Notes under the pieces: model-generated | Seen by the model: only the letters and a program-made list of their open reading frames with translations | What the model was told of the DNA's origin: nothing | Databases searched by the model: none | Assembly: GCF_009914755.1 (NCBI RefSeq) | Contig: NC_060945.1 | DNA length: 64,000 nt | DNA from: the human T2T-CHM13v2.0 reference genome, Homo sapiens | Reading direction: 5' to 3' (one strand) | Program-made: the position numbers and the translations under genes | Shown: one piece after another, positions 39,625 through 57,696 of the stretch | Numbering within the stretch: position 1 is the first letter of the stretch | How the letters are laid out: every line of letters starts with the position of its first letter

Positions 39625-39727
39625 AAAAACATTTTAACCAATAGCAAAGCACATTATTTCATTATATTTTTTCAAAAGTTGCCAGTAATTTCAATTAAAA
39701 ATATTATATAACATGTTTAATGCAATA

Positions 39728-40072
39728 CAAATGCTTTTCAATGTACAATGGGGTTAAGTCTTGATAAGCTGATTATAAATTGAAAATACAGTAAGTTAAA
39801 AATGTATTTAATATCTAACTTACTGAATATCACAGCTTAGCCTGGCATACCTTTAATGTGCTCAGAACACTTACATCAGCTGACAATTGGGCAAAATCGT
39901 TGAATACAAAACCTGCTTTATAATAAAGTATTGGATATTTTATGTAATTTGTTGAATATTGTACTGAAAGTGAAAAGCAGAATGGTTATATTCTATTCAA
40001 AGCTATCACTTTTGCTTCATCATAAAGTAAAAAAAATCATAAATTGAACCATTATCAGTTGTTGACCATCTG
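39728..40072. mobile_element. MER47A-like (Tigger) DNA transposon fossil
   Basis: caaatgc..acaatggggtta..gtgctcagaacacttacat..tgtactgaaagtgaaaagcagaatggtt..gaccatctg. Confidence 0.85.
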
Positions 40073-40167
40073 TGTATATGTATGTGTGTGTGTACCTATA
40101 TAAACATGTATGTTTATATATATATTTGTGTGTGTATATAACCTCGGTGTGTGTGTATGTGTGTTTG

Positions 40168-40203
<36 letters not shown>
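40071..40203. repeat. (TG)n/(TA)n compound microsatellite
   Basis: Pure (GT)15 at 40171-40200 preceded by degenerate TG/TA tracts. Confidence 0.9.
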
Positions 40204-41550
40204 AAATTGTAGGGAAGTAAAATTTCTTATCTTATAGATATAGCATGTTAACATGTTGGTACCTATCCTCCTGAGATGTAAAATTTTACATGGATAGATA
40301 TGTACATTTACAGTTGTACACAAAGAGAAACATATTCTGTAGCCTCTTTGTTTTTCTGCAGTTTCATTCAACACTATCTGGTTTATATGGGTGATTACAT
40401 ATATAATGCTAGGATTAAGGTTCTTCTCTATAACTTTGAAACTTCCTTGATTATCAACCCTTGGTATATTCTTAGAATAGGATTTTATTTTAGAATTAAG
40501 ATCCTTGTTTCAGGACTCTAGACTGTTAACACACAGAGCCAATAATTATTCAGAATGGTTGGGTTAGTTCACATTCCCACAGAGGAGACATCAAATGTCC
40601 AGGCTGCACAGCCTCATTAACACTAGATTTTCTGGACATTTTATATAGTATTTCATCTGATATAAAAAGTAGAATTCTAATTTGATTATGGTTGTTAATT
40701 TATTTTTACATTTTTAGTCATTATGAAAATGTTTTACTATATGAAAAGCCAGGAAAGGGTTTTTTTTTTAAGGTAGTACTTCAGAAATATTTATGATACT
40801 TAATTTTTAAAAATTAACTCTAAAAGAATCTTGAAATGTCTGTTTAATAAAATAGGACATAAATACTGGTCACATTAGTGAAAAATATTTGTTTAAAATT
40901 AAAATATCTGCAGCAATCCTGTAGATATTAATAAGTTTTTAAAGAATGACATCTTCAAAATATAACTGTTCTAAACTAATATGTCTCCATTAATACATAT
41001 AGATACATATATCTAAATAAATTTGAAGACTTCAAATTCCAGGTACAATATAATTTTTTTCTATCCTTTGATTTGTCATTCAGGATTTTGTAATTTGAAC
41101 AGAAATATTTTGCCCTAACCACATGTCTGTCTTTTCTCTTACTAAAAATATTATTTTATGTAAAATTGTTTTAAAGGTCAGTTAGCACGTTTGAAAAGCA
41201 TCTTGTACAATGTTACATAATATATTGCATATTTGGTTACATTGTTTTAACTGTGTAAATATGGTTTAAATCTGTGATGCTCTTTAGTGCTGATCATGAT
41301 GCAAATCAAATTTATCTGTATAAAAGGCTCCTGTTAATTTTTTTTATTATACTTTAAGTTTTAGGGTACATGTGCACAACGTGCAGGTTTGCTACATATG
41401 TACACATGTGCCATGTTGGTGTGCTGCACCCATTAACTCCTCATTTAACATTAGGTATATCTCCTAATGCTATCCCTACCCCCTCCACCCACCCCACAAC
41501 AGTCCCCGGTGTGTGATGTTCCCCTTCCTGTATCCATGTTTCCTCATTGT

Positions 41551-45370
<3,820 letters not shown>

Positions 45371-45433
45371 TATGACGTTAGCTGGTTATTTTCCTCGTTA
45401 GTTTATGCAGTTTCTTCCTAGCCTTGATGGTCT

Positions 45434-46450
45434 TTACAATTTGGCATGGTTTTACAGTGGCTGGTACCAGTTGTTCCTTTCCATGTTTAGTGCTTCCTTC
45501 AGGAGATCTTTTAGGGCAGGCCTGGTGGTGACAAAATCTCTCAGCATTTGCTTGTCTGTGGAGCATATTATTTCTCCCTCACTTATGAAGGTTAGTTTGG
45601 CTGGATATGAAATTCTGGGTTGAAAATTCTTTCCTTTAAGAATGTTGAATATTGGCCCCTACTCTCTTCTGGCTTGTAGAGTTTCTGCAGAGAGATCAGC
45701 AGTTAGTCTGATGGGCTTCCTTTTGTGGGTAACCCGACCTTTCTCTCTGGCTGCCTTTAAAATCTTTTCTTTCATTTCAACTTTGGTGAATCTGACAATT
45801 ATGTGTCTTGGAATTGCTCTTCTCGAGGAGTATCTTTGTGGCATTCTCTGTATTTCCTGAATGTGAATGTTGGCCTGCCTTGCTAGATTGGGGAAGTTCT
45901 CCTGGATAATATCCTGCAGAGTGTTTTCCAACTTGGTTCCATTCTCCCCGTCACATTCAGGTAAACCAAATAGACGTAGATTTGTTCTATTGACATAGTC
46001 CCATATTTCTTGGAGGCTTTGTTCATTTCTTTTTATTCTTTTTTCTCTAAACTTCTCTTCATGCTTCATTTCATTCATTTCATCTTCCATCGCTGATACC
46101 CTTTCTTCCCGTTGATCACATCGGTTACTGAGGCTTATGCATTTGTCGTGTAGTTCTCGTGCCATGGTTTTCAGCTCCATCAGGTCCTTTAAGGACTTCT
46201 CCACATTGGTTATTCTAGTTATCCATTCGTCTAATTTTTTTTTCAAAGTTTTTAACTTCTTTGCCATTGGTTCGAACTTCCTCCTTTAGCTCGGAGTACT
46301 TTGATCTTCTGAAGTCTTCCTCTCTCAACTCGTCAAAGTCATTCTCCGTCCAGCTTTGTTCCATTGCTGATGAGGAGTTGCATTCCTTTGGAGGAGGATA
46401 GGCACTCTGATTTTTAGAGTTTCCAGTTTTTCTGCTCTTTTTTTCCCCAT
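45434..46450 (-). pseudogene. ORF1: L1 ORF1, disrupted
   Basis: ATG at 46450; LENTLQDIIQENFPNLARQ..PRHIIVRFTKVEMKEK; frameshift and stop at 45659. Confidence 0.95.
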
Positions 46451-47029
46451 CTTTGTGGTTTTATCTACCTTTGGTCCTTGATGATGGTGACATACAGATG
46501 GGGTTTTGGTGTGGATGTCCTTTCTGTTTGTTAGTTTTCCTTCTAACAGTCAGGATCCTCAGCTGCAGGTCTGTTGGAGTTTACTGGAGGTCTCCTCCAG
46601 ACACTATTTGCCTGGGGGGTATCAGCAGTGGTGGCTGCAGAACAGTGGATATTGGTGAACTGCAAATGCTGCTGCCTGATCGTTCCTCTGGAGGTTTTGT
46701 CTCAGAGGGGTACCCGGCCATGTGAGGTGTCAGTCTGTGCCTACTGGGGGGTGCCTCCCTGTTAGGCTACTCGGGGTTCAGGGACCCACTAGGTGGGGGT
46801 TGTCTGCCCGTTCTCAGATCTCAAGCTGCGTGCTGGGAGAACCACTATTCTCTTCAAAGCTGTCAGACAGGGACATTTAAGTCTGCAGAGGTTATTGCTG
46901 TCTTTTGTTGGTCTGTGCCCTGCCCCCCGAGGTGGAGCCTACAGAGGCAGGCTGTCCTCCTTGAGCTGTGGTGGGCTCCACCCAGTTCGAACTTCCTGGC
47001 TGCTTTGTTTACTTACTCAAGCCCGAGCA

Positions 47030-47212
47030 ATGGCGGGCGCCCCTCCCCCAGCCCAACTGTTACCTTGCAGTTTGATCTCAGACTGCTGTGCTAGCAAACA
47101 GCAAGGCTCCGGGGGTGTAGGACCCTCCAAGCCAGGTGCTGGATATAATCTCCTGGTGTGCCATTTGATAAGCCTGTTGGAAAAGCGCAATATTAGGGTG
47201 GGAGTGACCTGA
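47030..47212 (+). pseudogene. ORF0: L1 antisense ORF0, 60 aa (premature TGA)
   Basis: gcaATGG context; MAGAPPPAQLLPCSLISDCCAS..GVGPSKPGAGYNL..EKRNIRVGVT*. Confidence 0.8.
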
Positions 47213-47446
47213 TTTTCCAGGTGCCATCTGTCACCCCTTTCTTTGACTAGGAAAGGGAATTCCCTGACCCATTGTGCTTCCCAGGTGAGGTGATGCCTTG
47301 CCCTGCTATGGCTCATGCATGGTGCGCTGCACCCACTGTCCAGCACTCCCCAGTGAGATGAACCTGGTACCTCAGTTGGAAATGCAGAAATCACCCGTCT
47401 TCTGCATCACTCACGCTGGGAGCTGTAGACTGGGGCTGTTCCTATT

Positions 47447-47457
47447 CGGCCATCTTG
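47447..47457 (-). promoter_or_regulatory. YY1 site of the L1 internal promoter
   Basis: caagatggccg intact near the 5' end (mutated to caagatgtctg in the L1 at ~1600). Confidence 0.8.
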
Positions 47458-48825
47458 GCTCCACCCTCTAATTTTTAACTTTCAAAAGATTAGATACATT
47501 TACCCTCTTCTGAATTTTAATTCCTGATGGAAAGATTGTGAAATCTCAAGAGGATAATGAATCAGCTTCTGATTATATTCTGGAATTGAGATTTGATCAC
47601 ACATCCAAGAATGCGTATTCACTTTCCTTTACATTACACACATGCATAATACCATGCTGAGTGATGCTGGAAAAAGTGAGTCTTCAGTAATGCCCTCATG
47701 AAATTACAGTCTCACTACACTGAGGTATTTTCTTTTTAACCCTTTCTTTCTTTTCTGTTGTGAATATGTGCCTTCTAAGAGGTGAACAACGGGAAAAACT
47801 GAAAAAGAACCTTCATCTAATTCAGTAACTAGCTTTTGTATCTTCTAAGAATTTTTATCTCCAGAAAGCTCTAATTTTCATTCCTTTACAAGCTTTATTT
47901 CTCTCTCCTTTCCAACACCAGACTTTGCTCTGTTTGTTTTCTATATCTTTTTTAGAGATGCCTACAATAGAAAAAAACTATGACATATTCAATACATCTG
48001 AAAAGTTTGCATTACCATAGATAAGAATGAATTATCTGTTTATAAAGAAAAAATAATAAAAATATGAACCAAGAAAGCACAGAAGGTAGTAACCACATTT
48101 AGATGTTTATCATGGAATCATCTTTATAATCCATCTGTTACAATTCCACACAGCAAATTACAAGTAATTGTGAAGTTTCCCCTCATTTTATAGGTTTGGT
48201 CTTATAAGGCATACAACACAAATTTTAATTACTTTTCATTTTGGTATTTGGATCTTAATTTGGTCAAGTGGCCACTGGGTAGATGATGGAGACTCTTGAG
48301 ACATGCAGTCTTCTTCTAGCTTTGTTGATGTGAATATTACTGTGTATTTTTCATTCACTTATTATTTTACAAGGCATGCTTCATTAAAAATATATCAGCA
48401 TCTCATTGACAAATCACAAAATTTAAAAGGCACCAGAAAAAAACAATTTATTTAAAACATTCCTGTGTAAAAGTAGTCACCACTCTTACTATTCTTCAAA
48501 TATTTTTGTTATATTTAAACGCAAGCCTAATTTTATCTCGAGTGTCTGACCTTGATGATATTGTACACTTTAAACTTAGAAAAATTGAACTCTATTGGAA
48601 ATTTCCTACAGATCAGCTTTTCTAGATGCCAAGCGCCTTGTTTCAGCCATGGTGATGACAGCAAATTGGGTTCTCAGGGATTCTGGCCTCTGGCATCATC
48701 TCAGTTGTTTATAATTGAAGTTGGGTCTGATGAGAATGCAGCTTAGATGCATGGTGGGACTGCTGGGCTTAAGGCTGGCCTGCCAGGAGGTTGCATTGAG
48801 GTGTAACTAGGCAAAGAAAGAAAGA

Positions 48826-49273
48826 GTTTATTGAGGCACTACTGACAATAGCAAAGACTTGGAACCAACACAAATATCCAACAATGATAGACTGGATTAA
48901 GAAAATGTGGCACATAAACACCATGGAATACTATGCAGCCATAAAAATGATGAGTTCATGTCCTTTGTAGGGACATGGATGAAGCTGGAAACCATCATTC
49001 TCAGCAAACTATCACAAGGACAAAAAAACACCGCATGTTCTCACTCATAGGTGGGAATTAAACAATGAGAACACATGGACACAGGAAGAGGAACAGCACA
49101 CACTGGGGCCTGTTGTGGGGTGAGGGGCTAGGGGAGGGAAAGCATTAGGATATATACCTAATGTAAATGACGAGTTAATGGGTGCAGCACACCAACATGT
49201 CACATGTATACATCTGAAACAAACCTGCACGTTGTGCACATGTACCCTAGAACTTAAAGTATAACAAAAAAAA
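48826..49273 (+). mobile_element. L1PA5/6-like 3' end, 5'-truncated
   Basis: caatagcaaagacttggaacc..catgtaccctagaacttaaagtataa plus A tail. Confidence 0.95.
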
Positions 49274-50865
49274 GAAGGGGTTGGGCAAAATTACCAACAA
49301 TCTTCAACTATGAATTTGTATGAGTAGGGGCTTCCCACACCATCAGGCACTCCAAGTTGGAGAAACAAGGGATGTTGAATTGAAAGTTTAATTTTTTAGG
49401 CTTGATAGTCAGATTAGGGAAGTTTTGGGTACACCTTTCCCACTCTAGAGCCCTCTCCCTAACTCAGGGCCAATTTGGGGCATGGGCTCAGTGGAAAAGA
49501 GTGCCAAGATCAATTAGAAATATCCATCATGAACATAGGAGGCAGGCATTCTGGCCAAGGGGGTGCGTCTTCCCACTTTGTAATCCAGAGTGCGATTTCT
49601 TCTTGCTATCTGTCCCTCCATAAATAAGCGTTGGGTGAAGGACAAGCTAGTTACCATTGAGGATGGAATGAAATTCTACCAGAATTGCAAAATGAACTGA
49701 GAGCCACGAAAGTGTTCCTCTGTGAACCAGCAGAGAGATCTGTGGAAGGCAAAGGAAGAGGAGCCAAGAGGCCAGATAACATTCCTGCTTCCCCTACATT
49801 GTGAGAATGAAATTGTCAGCAACCTATATCAGTAATTAACCAGAGGCTTTTTAGAGAGTAAGACTTCTGATAGATACCTCAATAGCTGAAGTTGCTCTTC
49901 AGTACTGCATATAACCTGTGGACAGATTTTCATCATTATTAATTCATTTATTCAACACATAGATATTAAATTCAAGGCATAGTTCTAAACTATGCAGTCA
50001 ATTCCAAAAAAATAATAATGAAGGACATTAGCTCTGCCTCATAGGACGTTAAAACTCTAGCTGCTAAATGAGACAAATAGGGTTCCCACATCAAGTGCCT
50101 GGGCTCCTGTTATAAACTGGACTCTGCTTCCATTGGCTTCTCTTGTTTCTGTTTTGATAAACCCATCATTTGGCTTAGTCCCTACCCTTGCCATGCTCAC
50201 CCACCAGTAGGTGGACCTCCTTGACCATAACTACAGACATAGATCTTTGATTGTTTCTTTTCAAATGTTTGCTTACTTTAGAGGTGCAGTCAAATGTTGT
50301 TTGGACCATAAGACTCTGAGGCTGTGTGTGGTTGAAACTGTCTTGAGACTCAAAGAGCTATTGAGGAAGGGATTTGATAGCTGAACTCTTTTGAAGATTT
50401 TCTCTGTCTCTCACACATCTGGGGCTGAATAGCTTAACGTTTAATTTCTACATCGACGATAGTTTAATAGCCATTCATGCAAATCAGTTCTGCTGTGAGT
50501 TATTATCCTACTCCAATACCAACTAACGCATTCCTTAAATTTAGTGTACGTATAAATTCTACATGGTAAGTGAAGCTGTCTTTATGAATGGCTGCTATAG
50601 AATATACTAGATTGTGTAGGTTTTAGTACAATCCAGGTAATTATCAAGCCTTTGTAATATTTTCAGGAAAGTGATCCTTTCACTTCAGTTTATGGAACTT
50701 GAAAATTTTTTAGTTGCCACCGACTAGTTAGATCATAAACTTAATTCTATGTATCTGAATTTATTTTTCTATTTATAAATTTATCTGGGTGCTTTCTCAA
50801 AGGTTTCCCAGATTAAAAACCTATGGCTTTGTAAAATTAAAACAGAAGTAATAGGAATTGAGTTA

Positions 50866-51190
<325 letters not shown>

Positions 51191-51308
51191 ACAGAATCAT
51201 ACAATGAGAGAGATTGTATAGCCCTTTTAATTGTCCATAATGGATACATTTCTTTTTCTGTGTAATAGTTTATCAGCATGAAAAAAAAGAGTCACTGAAC
51301 ACTGATAA

Positions 51309-51600
<292 letters not shown>

Positions 51601-53997
51601 GTGATGATTTTCATTTAATGGTGTTCTACAAAGTGAGTTTAGGCAGTGAAAGGGCACAAGTCACCTATAGTTTACCAGAAAGTAGTACCAGTCACCAGCG
51701 TTGAAGCATACTCCTAACCCTGGAAAATTTCTTCAGCAGCCAGAATTAATCTCAGATTTTGAGACTGGAGCAAAGACTAATTTGGTATGTGTTCATTTAG
51801 ATTAGTAAATCTCTATGGTGTTCGAACTGTATAATATCAAATCTAAAATAAGTCAAGAGAGTTAGACAATATCTCATCTCTGAGAAAATAAATGCATTAT
51901 TTTCAAGAGATTTAAGACTGAATTTAAAATCCAACTGCCTGTTCCAGTGTATGTTTCTCTAGAATATGGCCAAGCCCTACAAATTCTGGATAGTGTCCTC
52001 CAAGTTGTGTTTAAGTGATAATTGATAAATCTATGGTTTAGATACATATGGAATTCCACATAACTCTAGCTCCAGCCTTTGCGAGTAAAAATTGGCAGTG
52101 ATCATGGCCTTAATGGAGGCATGTGGTTAATTGGAATTTTCAGTACCAAAAGTCTTCTTCTTACTAGTTTATCAGGGTACCCTATAATAGTATCCATAAC
52201 TCATTGCCCACTTGTCTGTTTTGATTTCTTTTTTAAAAATACAATTTTAAACTTAGAGGTTTTGTACCTCAAGTCACATATGTGGCACATTTATAAAATA
52301 ATCATGCCTTTGCATATTTTTCCTTTGATATCTTAGCTGTATATACAAGCCACTTATGTTTTTTAATTGCCACAAATATTGCACTGAAATAGAGCACTAG
52401 TTGCAAAAATGCCTGGTATAACATTTCTTCTTGTTCTTGAAAGTAATTTTAATACCCCATGTTTAAGATATTCCTAGACAACTATAAGTAACTATAATTA
52501 TTTCTGCTAGGTAGAAGCATCTTTGTGGTCAACATTTGTGAAGTGCCTTGTAAATAAAAATATGCTTGAGTAGAAATAGTATTTTGCAAATATAGCCCTA
52601 AATAGAGCTACTGATTTTACCAAGAATTAAAGACTCCAAACTCTGTCTTTGTCTTTCAAATTTGGTTTATAGGAACATCTCATTACAATGAGCAAAAAGC
52701 CTATCTGATCATTAAAGAGATAATTTTGACACTTTCAAATGACACAGCTAATTTGTAGTAGGTTTTTGAAGTGCAAATTACATGTTTCTGTTTAAATAAT
52801 GACAGTAAAATATGGACAGTATCTATTCACACTCTATATACACAACTACAACTTGTCCCTAGAAGAAAAGTTTAATTTTTCAGGTCTCATCCACAAAACG
52901 AAGTGTTAATAAGCTGTATCTTTATTCTCACTTTTAAGTAATTTCTTCTTAACCATTGTATAACACTACCACAGTTTGTATGGAGATAAAATAACTCATG
53001 GTGAGAAATCCAGTTCTTTAAAAAATCATTTTACCTTCAATCACTTTTAGGATGTCTATGGTTTTAGAGTAAGGACGAAAATTTATAAACATTTGTTAAA
53101 TTATGCAACTGTGTTTGAAGATGTTTCAAAATTACATTTTCCTTATTTTACAACTAGTTTTCATGTATTCACAAACGAGACACATGAGAATTATTAATGC
53201 AAAAGCACAGCATATCAACAAAGTTTATAATGTAAATAGTTTAGTTAGGAAAGAATGTAATGAGTGAATTATCAAAGCTATTTTATTGGTTCCTAGATTT
53301 ACCATAGAAGAAAATAAAGCAGCCTTTTAAAAATTTCTCAGCACTGAGTCCATTTAAGGTCTGTATTGTATGCCGTAAGTTCTAAAAAATGTTATTGCCG
53401 GTAAAAATAGGATGCCTATCTAAAATTGTCTTTTTAAAGGTTCTCTCTTATTCTTCTTCCCTTCCTATGTGTGCACAGAATACTGTCATCGTCTTGATTG
53501 GAACACTATCTCTCTTTCTCAGAGGGTGTACATTTGTAGAAGGGAGAAAATATTTGTTAATTTTGCTTCCTGTAAGATAAGGCCTCAATGGTTAAAGGTT
53601 AGTTAACAAACTTTTTTTTTGTCTTCATACTATTATCTTGGAATTACCAACTGGCTTCTACTTGGATTTTGAATAATGAAAGAAAAGAACTAGCATTTGT
53701 TAGAACTTACTGTGTTCCAGAAACTTTATTGATGCCATTTCTTCTCATTATCACATTCATTCTTTCAATTAGTATAATTTTTTTCCATCTTAATGAGGTG
53801 GGACCAGAGGTTTTGTAATATCCACTAACCCACTGTGGATTTCATGGATTGCAAGAGGAAGAAAGCATGGTGGAACTCAGGTTTCTCTGATTCCAAATTC
53901 ACATCCTTTCATGTCTCCATGAAAAATAGAAAAGATAAATTGGGCTCTATTCTAACAAGAGAAACACAATTTTCCGTCAGTTAAATGAATAATTCTT

Positions 53998-54118
53998 TTT
54001 TATTTTATTTTATTTTATTTTTATTATTATACTTTAAGTTTTAGGGTACATGTGCACATTGTGCAGATTAGTTACATATGTACACATGTGCCATGCTGGT
54101 GCGCTGCACCCAGATACC
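53998..54118 (-). mobile_element. Very short young L1 (L1PA2/L1HS-type) 3' end with 16-bp TSD
   Basis: TSD taaatgaataattctt at 53982-53997 and 54119-54134; young-type gtgcacattgtgcag and atgctggtgcgctgcaccca. Confidence 0.92.
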
Positions 54119-54889
54119 TAAATGAATAATTCTTAAACCTCAAAAATAAAAAGTAGCAAAACCTCAATTCAAGAGTAGACATAAAGGTTGTGACATGGGT
54201 GGCAGGGACATATGTCTAGTGACAGATTTCCTATGCATATCTGACCAAAAATCCCCCTCATGATTTTCAAATCAGATGCTTAACTACATTTAATGAGTTT
54301 CCCGAATCATTAATATCAGGCTCTGAAAACAGGATCATTAAAAATGATTAAGACTTTCAACAACAAATATCTTATCTAAATAGTAAGGAAATTATATTAG
54401 ATGGCTCCATTCCCTGGGCAGTCTAGTTAACAATTCGACTTGTTCAAAGCTATAAAATATGGCAACTTAAAAAATTATGAAATTTTATCTAACTTTGTGC
54501 TTAAGGTAGTTGGCCATTCTTCCTCTTGGGAATAAGAAGGGTAGATTTTCTGTCGAAGCATTTTGCTATTGCTTTTCAATTTCCTTTTATGGAAAATAGA
54601 TAAAATAGCAATTTTTTAATTATAAATTTAAAGTCAAAATGGAGATAATTAAGTATCTCCATTAATTAAGTAAAGATTAATTTTTTTAAAATAGCATTTT
54701 CTACATTCTAATCAATTGATTGACTATTTTTATCCCTGGCTCAATGTAACTCTCTTTGACATACTCTTGTCTTAATTCTAGTTTAAGTCAACAATGTGTA
54801 ATCATAGATGACTCCTTGCCATTTTGATCTCTCAGTTCTATGAACACCTTTGTTCTAACAATAATGTTTTCCAACAGAATTATTTCTAC

Positions 54890-55560
54890 TCAAACTTCTG
54901 AGATCAAATTTGTGGATTCAGTCTCACCCCAATCAATTCTTCAACTCTCAGGACACCAAATGGTGTCCTACAATTCAATTCAATCCTGAGACTATCTATC
55001 TGGAGATAGCATAGATCCCAAAAGTTCAGGGTTCAGGCCCACAAGACTGCCCCCACACTATTAGAGAGGAGTTGTGGGCCTCCCATACTCCTGACCAACT
55101 GGCTATAAATTAGGACCTCCATGGATTCCTTCCTCAGGTTCTATAATTTGCTAAGATGGCGCACAGAACCCAAGAAAGCACTTTGCTTACAGTTACTGTC
55201 TGATACAAATCAGGAACTCTCAAATAGAAGAGACACATAGGGCCAGGTATGGTGAAAAGGGGCACAAAGCTGCCATATGACCTATAAGTATATCACTCTA
55301 TCACCCTCCCAGCACCTCAGAGGTGATGGAGGAGAGGGCTGACAGTTTCAACCATCTAGTTATGCCTTCATGTTTCTGATGTCCAGCACACACCCTGAAG
55401 CTATACGGGTCTCCAGCCACCACTCATGTCATGTCAATAGCATAAACTCAGGTATGGCTAAGAGAGACTTATGACTAGTAAAGGATGGTCCTCTCATCTC
55501 TATCAGGAAATTTCAAGTTTTAGGAGCTCTGTACTGTGAACTGGGGAGGAAGACCAAATA
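54890..55560 (-). mobile_element. MER21-like LTR
   Basis: ggtgtcctacaattcaattcaatcctgagact..cccacaagactgccccca; family from recall. Confidence 0.65.
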
Positions 55561-55575
55561 GGACATACCCTAGAC

Positions 55576-55762
55576 CAGTTGTGCTAACTACAGTGTGCCT
55601 CAAAATTGCCTACAGTTGTGTTACAATAAAAGATTGCTGAGACCTGCTATTGGAATTTCAGATTTGGTAGATCTGGGGCTGTAACCTGAGAATATGCACT
55701 TCTAGTAAGTTCCCAGGTGATGCTGATGCTGTTAGCACAGCGACCACACTTCCAGACGGACT
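55576..55762. mobile_element. MER5A-like hAT-Charlie fossil
   Basis: cctgagaatatgcacttctagtaagttcccaggtgatgctgatgctg..gaccacactt. Confidence 0.75.
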
Positions 55763-57332
55763 GAGTGAAGCATCGTCGTTACTTATAATAGGAACTTCTC
55801 TGTAGTCACAATTTTATTCATCCCATTCTCTGAGCTCCTCCTTTAATCATTCCCTTTCATACGCTGACATAAAATTTTTCAATCTCTCTGAGACCTCCAA
55901 ACTATTATTTTATCATAATCACAATGACCCTTACCTACTTGATGTACTCTATTTCCTGTTCTCCTGCCTAAATTCCATGGCCAACCATTCCCAGGAAACT
56001 TCAACTTCCTTGTTTCTCTTTCACTTTGCTGAAGCTAACCAGGAAAATAACCCTGGTTAGATCCAAATTTCCACCAAATCCCCACATATATTTGAGCAAC
56101 TAGCTATATGGATCAAATTGAAAAATATCCCACTTGAAAATGAGAATCTCAGTGCTGCCTATCAATCAATCATACTACATATGTTCCAATCTATTCATTC
56201 TCTAATTTACCTAGTTTTGTATCTTATCCTCTCTCTAATCCCTAACACTTGCCCAGAAATCCTCAAAGTCTTTTTGGTTGTGCTTCCCTGAGAACATTGA
56301 ATCATCCAAAGACAACTTCCACAGACTCCTGAAACCATTTAAACTCACTTTCCCGTCTACCCCCACATACTCTCCATTTTCACCTATTATTATCTGTGAA
56401 ATAACTGGCCCCTATCTGTATATTGTCTGATGATGATTTCTATATTACAGGTGAAGAAAATGAGAATAGGGTTAGAGCTACTTTCTCATTATAGCATAGC
56501 TAAGAATCAAATCCACGCAGTCCACCACTGAAACTGGGGTTCCAAGTCAGTGTATTTGGAGAAGGAGAGCTAGTAGAAAAATAAGGATGAAAAGATCCAG
56601 GATGAAGCTTCTGATGGAAGAAAAGGACATTTTTACTATTATGAACTCCTTGAAGTAGACCTTAAGCATTCTCATCTGGACAAATATCCATTCATCCACT
56701 CCAGTGAGCTGATTAAGTTTTAGGATTTTAAGGGTCAGTGAACAATTATTCCTCATTCAGCAATTAAAGAAGGATTAATATGAATATTATCTTGGAGAAG
56801 TTTAATTTAAAACATATTTGATTGATTTTTGGCAATTGTCTTCTATCAGATCATTACCAATCCATATGAATTGGTAGGAAGGGAGAAAACCCAAAATTTA
56901 ATCAGATGCCTGAAGTTAGGGAACATTTTATAACCAACCCAGGGGGAGAAAAATGCTCAAAAGGGGAAAGATGAGGACAGAAAATACATTTCAAAGATTT
57001 TAACTTTTTGACAAAATGTCATTTCCGTGCAAGAAAAACTGATTGTGTGAATATAACTGTCATTTATATCTGCCAATGTGTTCAGAAATATATAACCTAT
57101 AATTTTTTTAATAGTAGTTTGTTAAAACAAAATTTATTCATCAAAGTATCTATAACATTCTAAAAATACTAAAAATTTTCAATTTAAATATTAACCTAAA
57201 CAGCTCTGTATATATAAATAAGCTCAAACAAACGTGCATGCTTCCCAACAATAACACTGCTACAGATATTGATTGGTGGTTTTGGTTTCATTTCATTTTA
57301 TAATGGCAAATCTGGTTAAAACCCAGATTCTG

Positions 57333-57657
57333 GGCTGGGCACAGTGGCTCACGTCTGTGATCTCAGCACTTTGGGAGGCTGAGACAGGCAAATCACAAGG
57401 TCAACAGATCGGGACCATCCTGGCCAACATGGCGAAACCCCATCTCTTCTAAAAAAAATACAGAAGTTAGCTGGGCATGGTGGCACGTGCCTGTAGTCCC
57501 AGCTACTTGGGAGGCTGAGGCAGGAGAATCACTTGGACCTGGGAGGCAGAGGTTGCATGAGCTGAGACTGTGCCACTGTACTCCAGCCTGGTAACAGAGA
57601 GAGACTCCATCTCAAAACAAAACAAAACAAAACAAAACAAAACAAAACAAAACAAAA
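57333..57657 (+). mobile_element. AluS (Sc-like) with (AAAAC)n tail
   Basis: Alu dimer; pentanucleotide tail at ~57614-57657; flanks acccagattctg / ccccagattctg. Confidence 0.93.
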
Positions 57658-57696
57658 CCCCAGATTCTGAACTGACTCTCACAATAAGGATCTCAA

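Noticed and set aside
55900-56420. Possible L2 remnant
   Set aside because: Composition is suggestive, but it is too diverged to call by eye.
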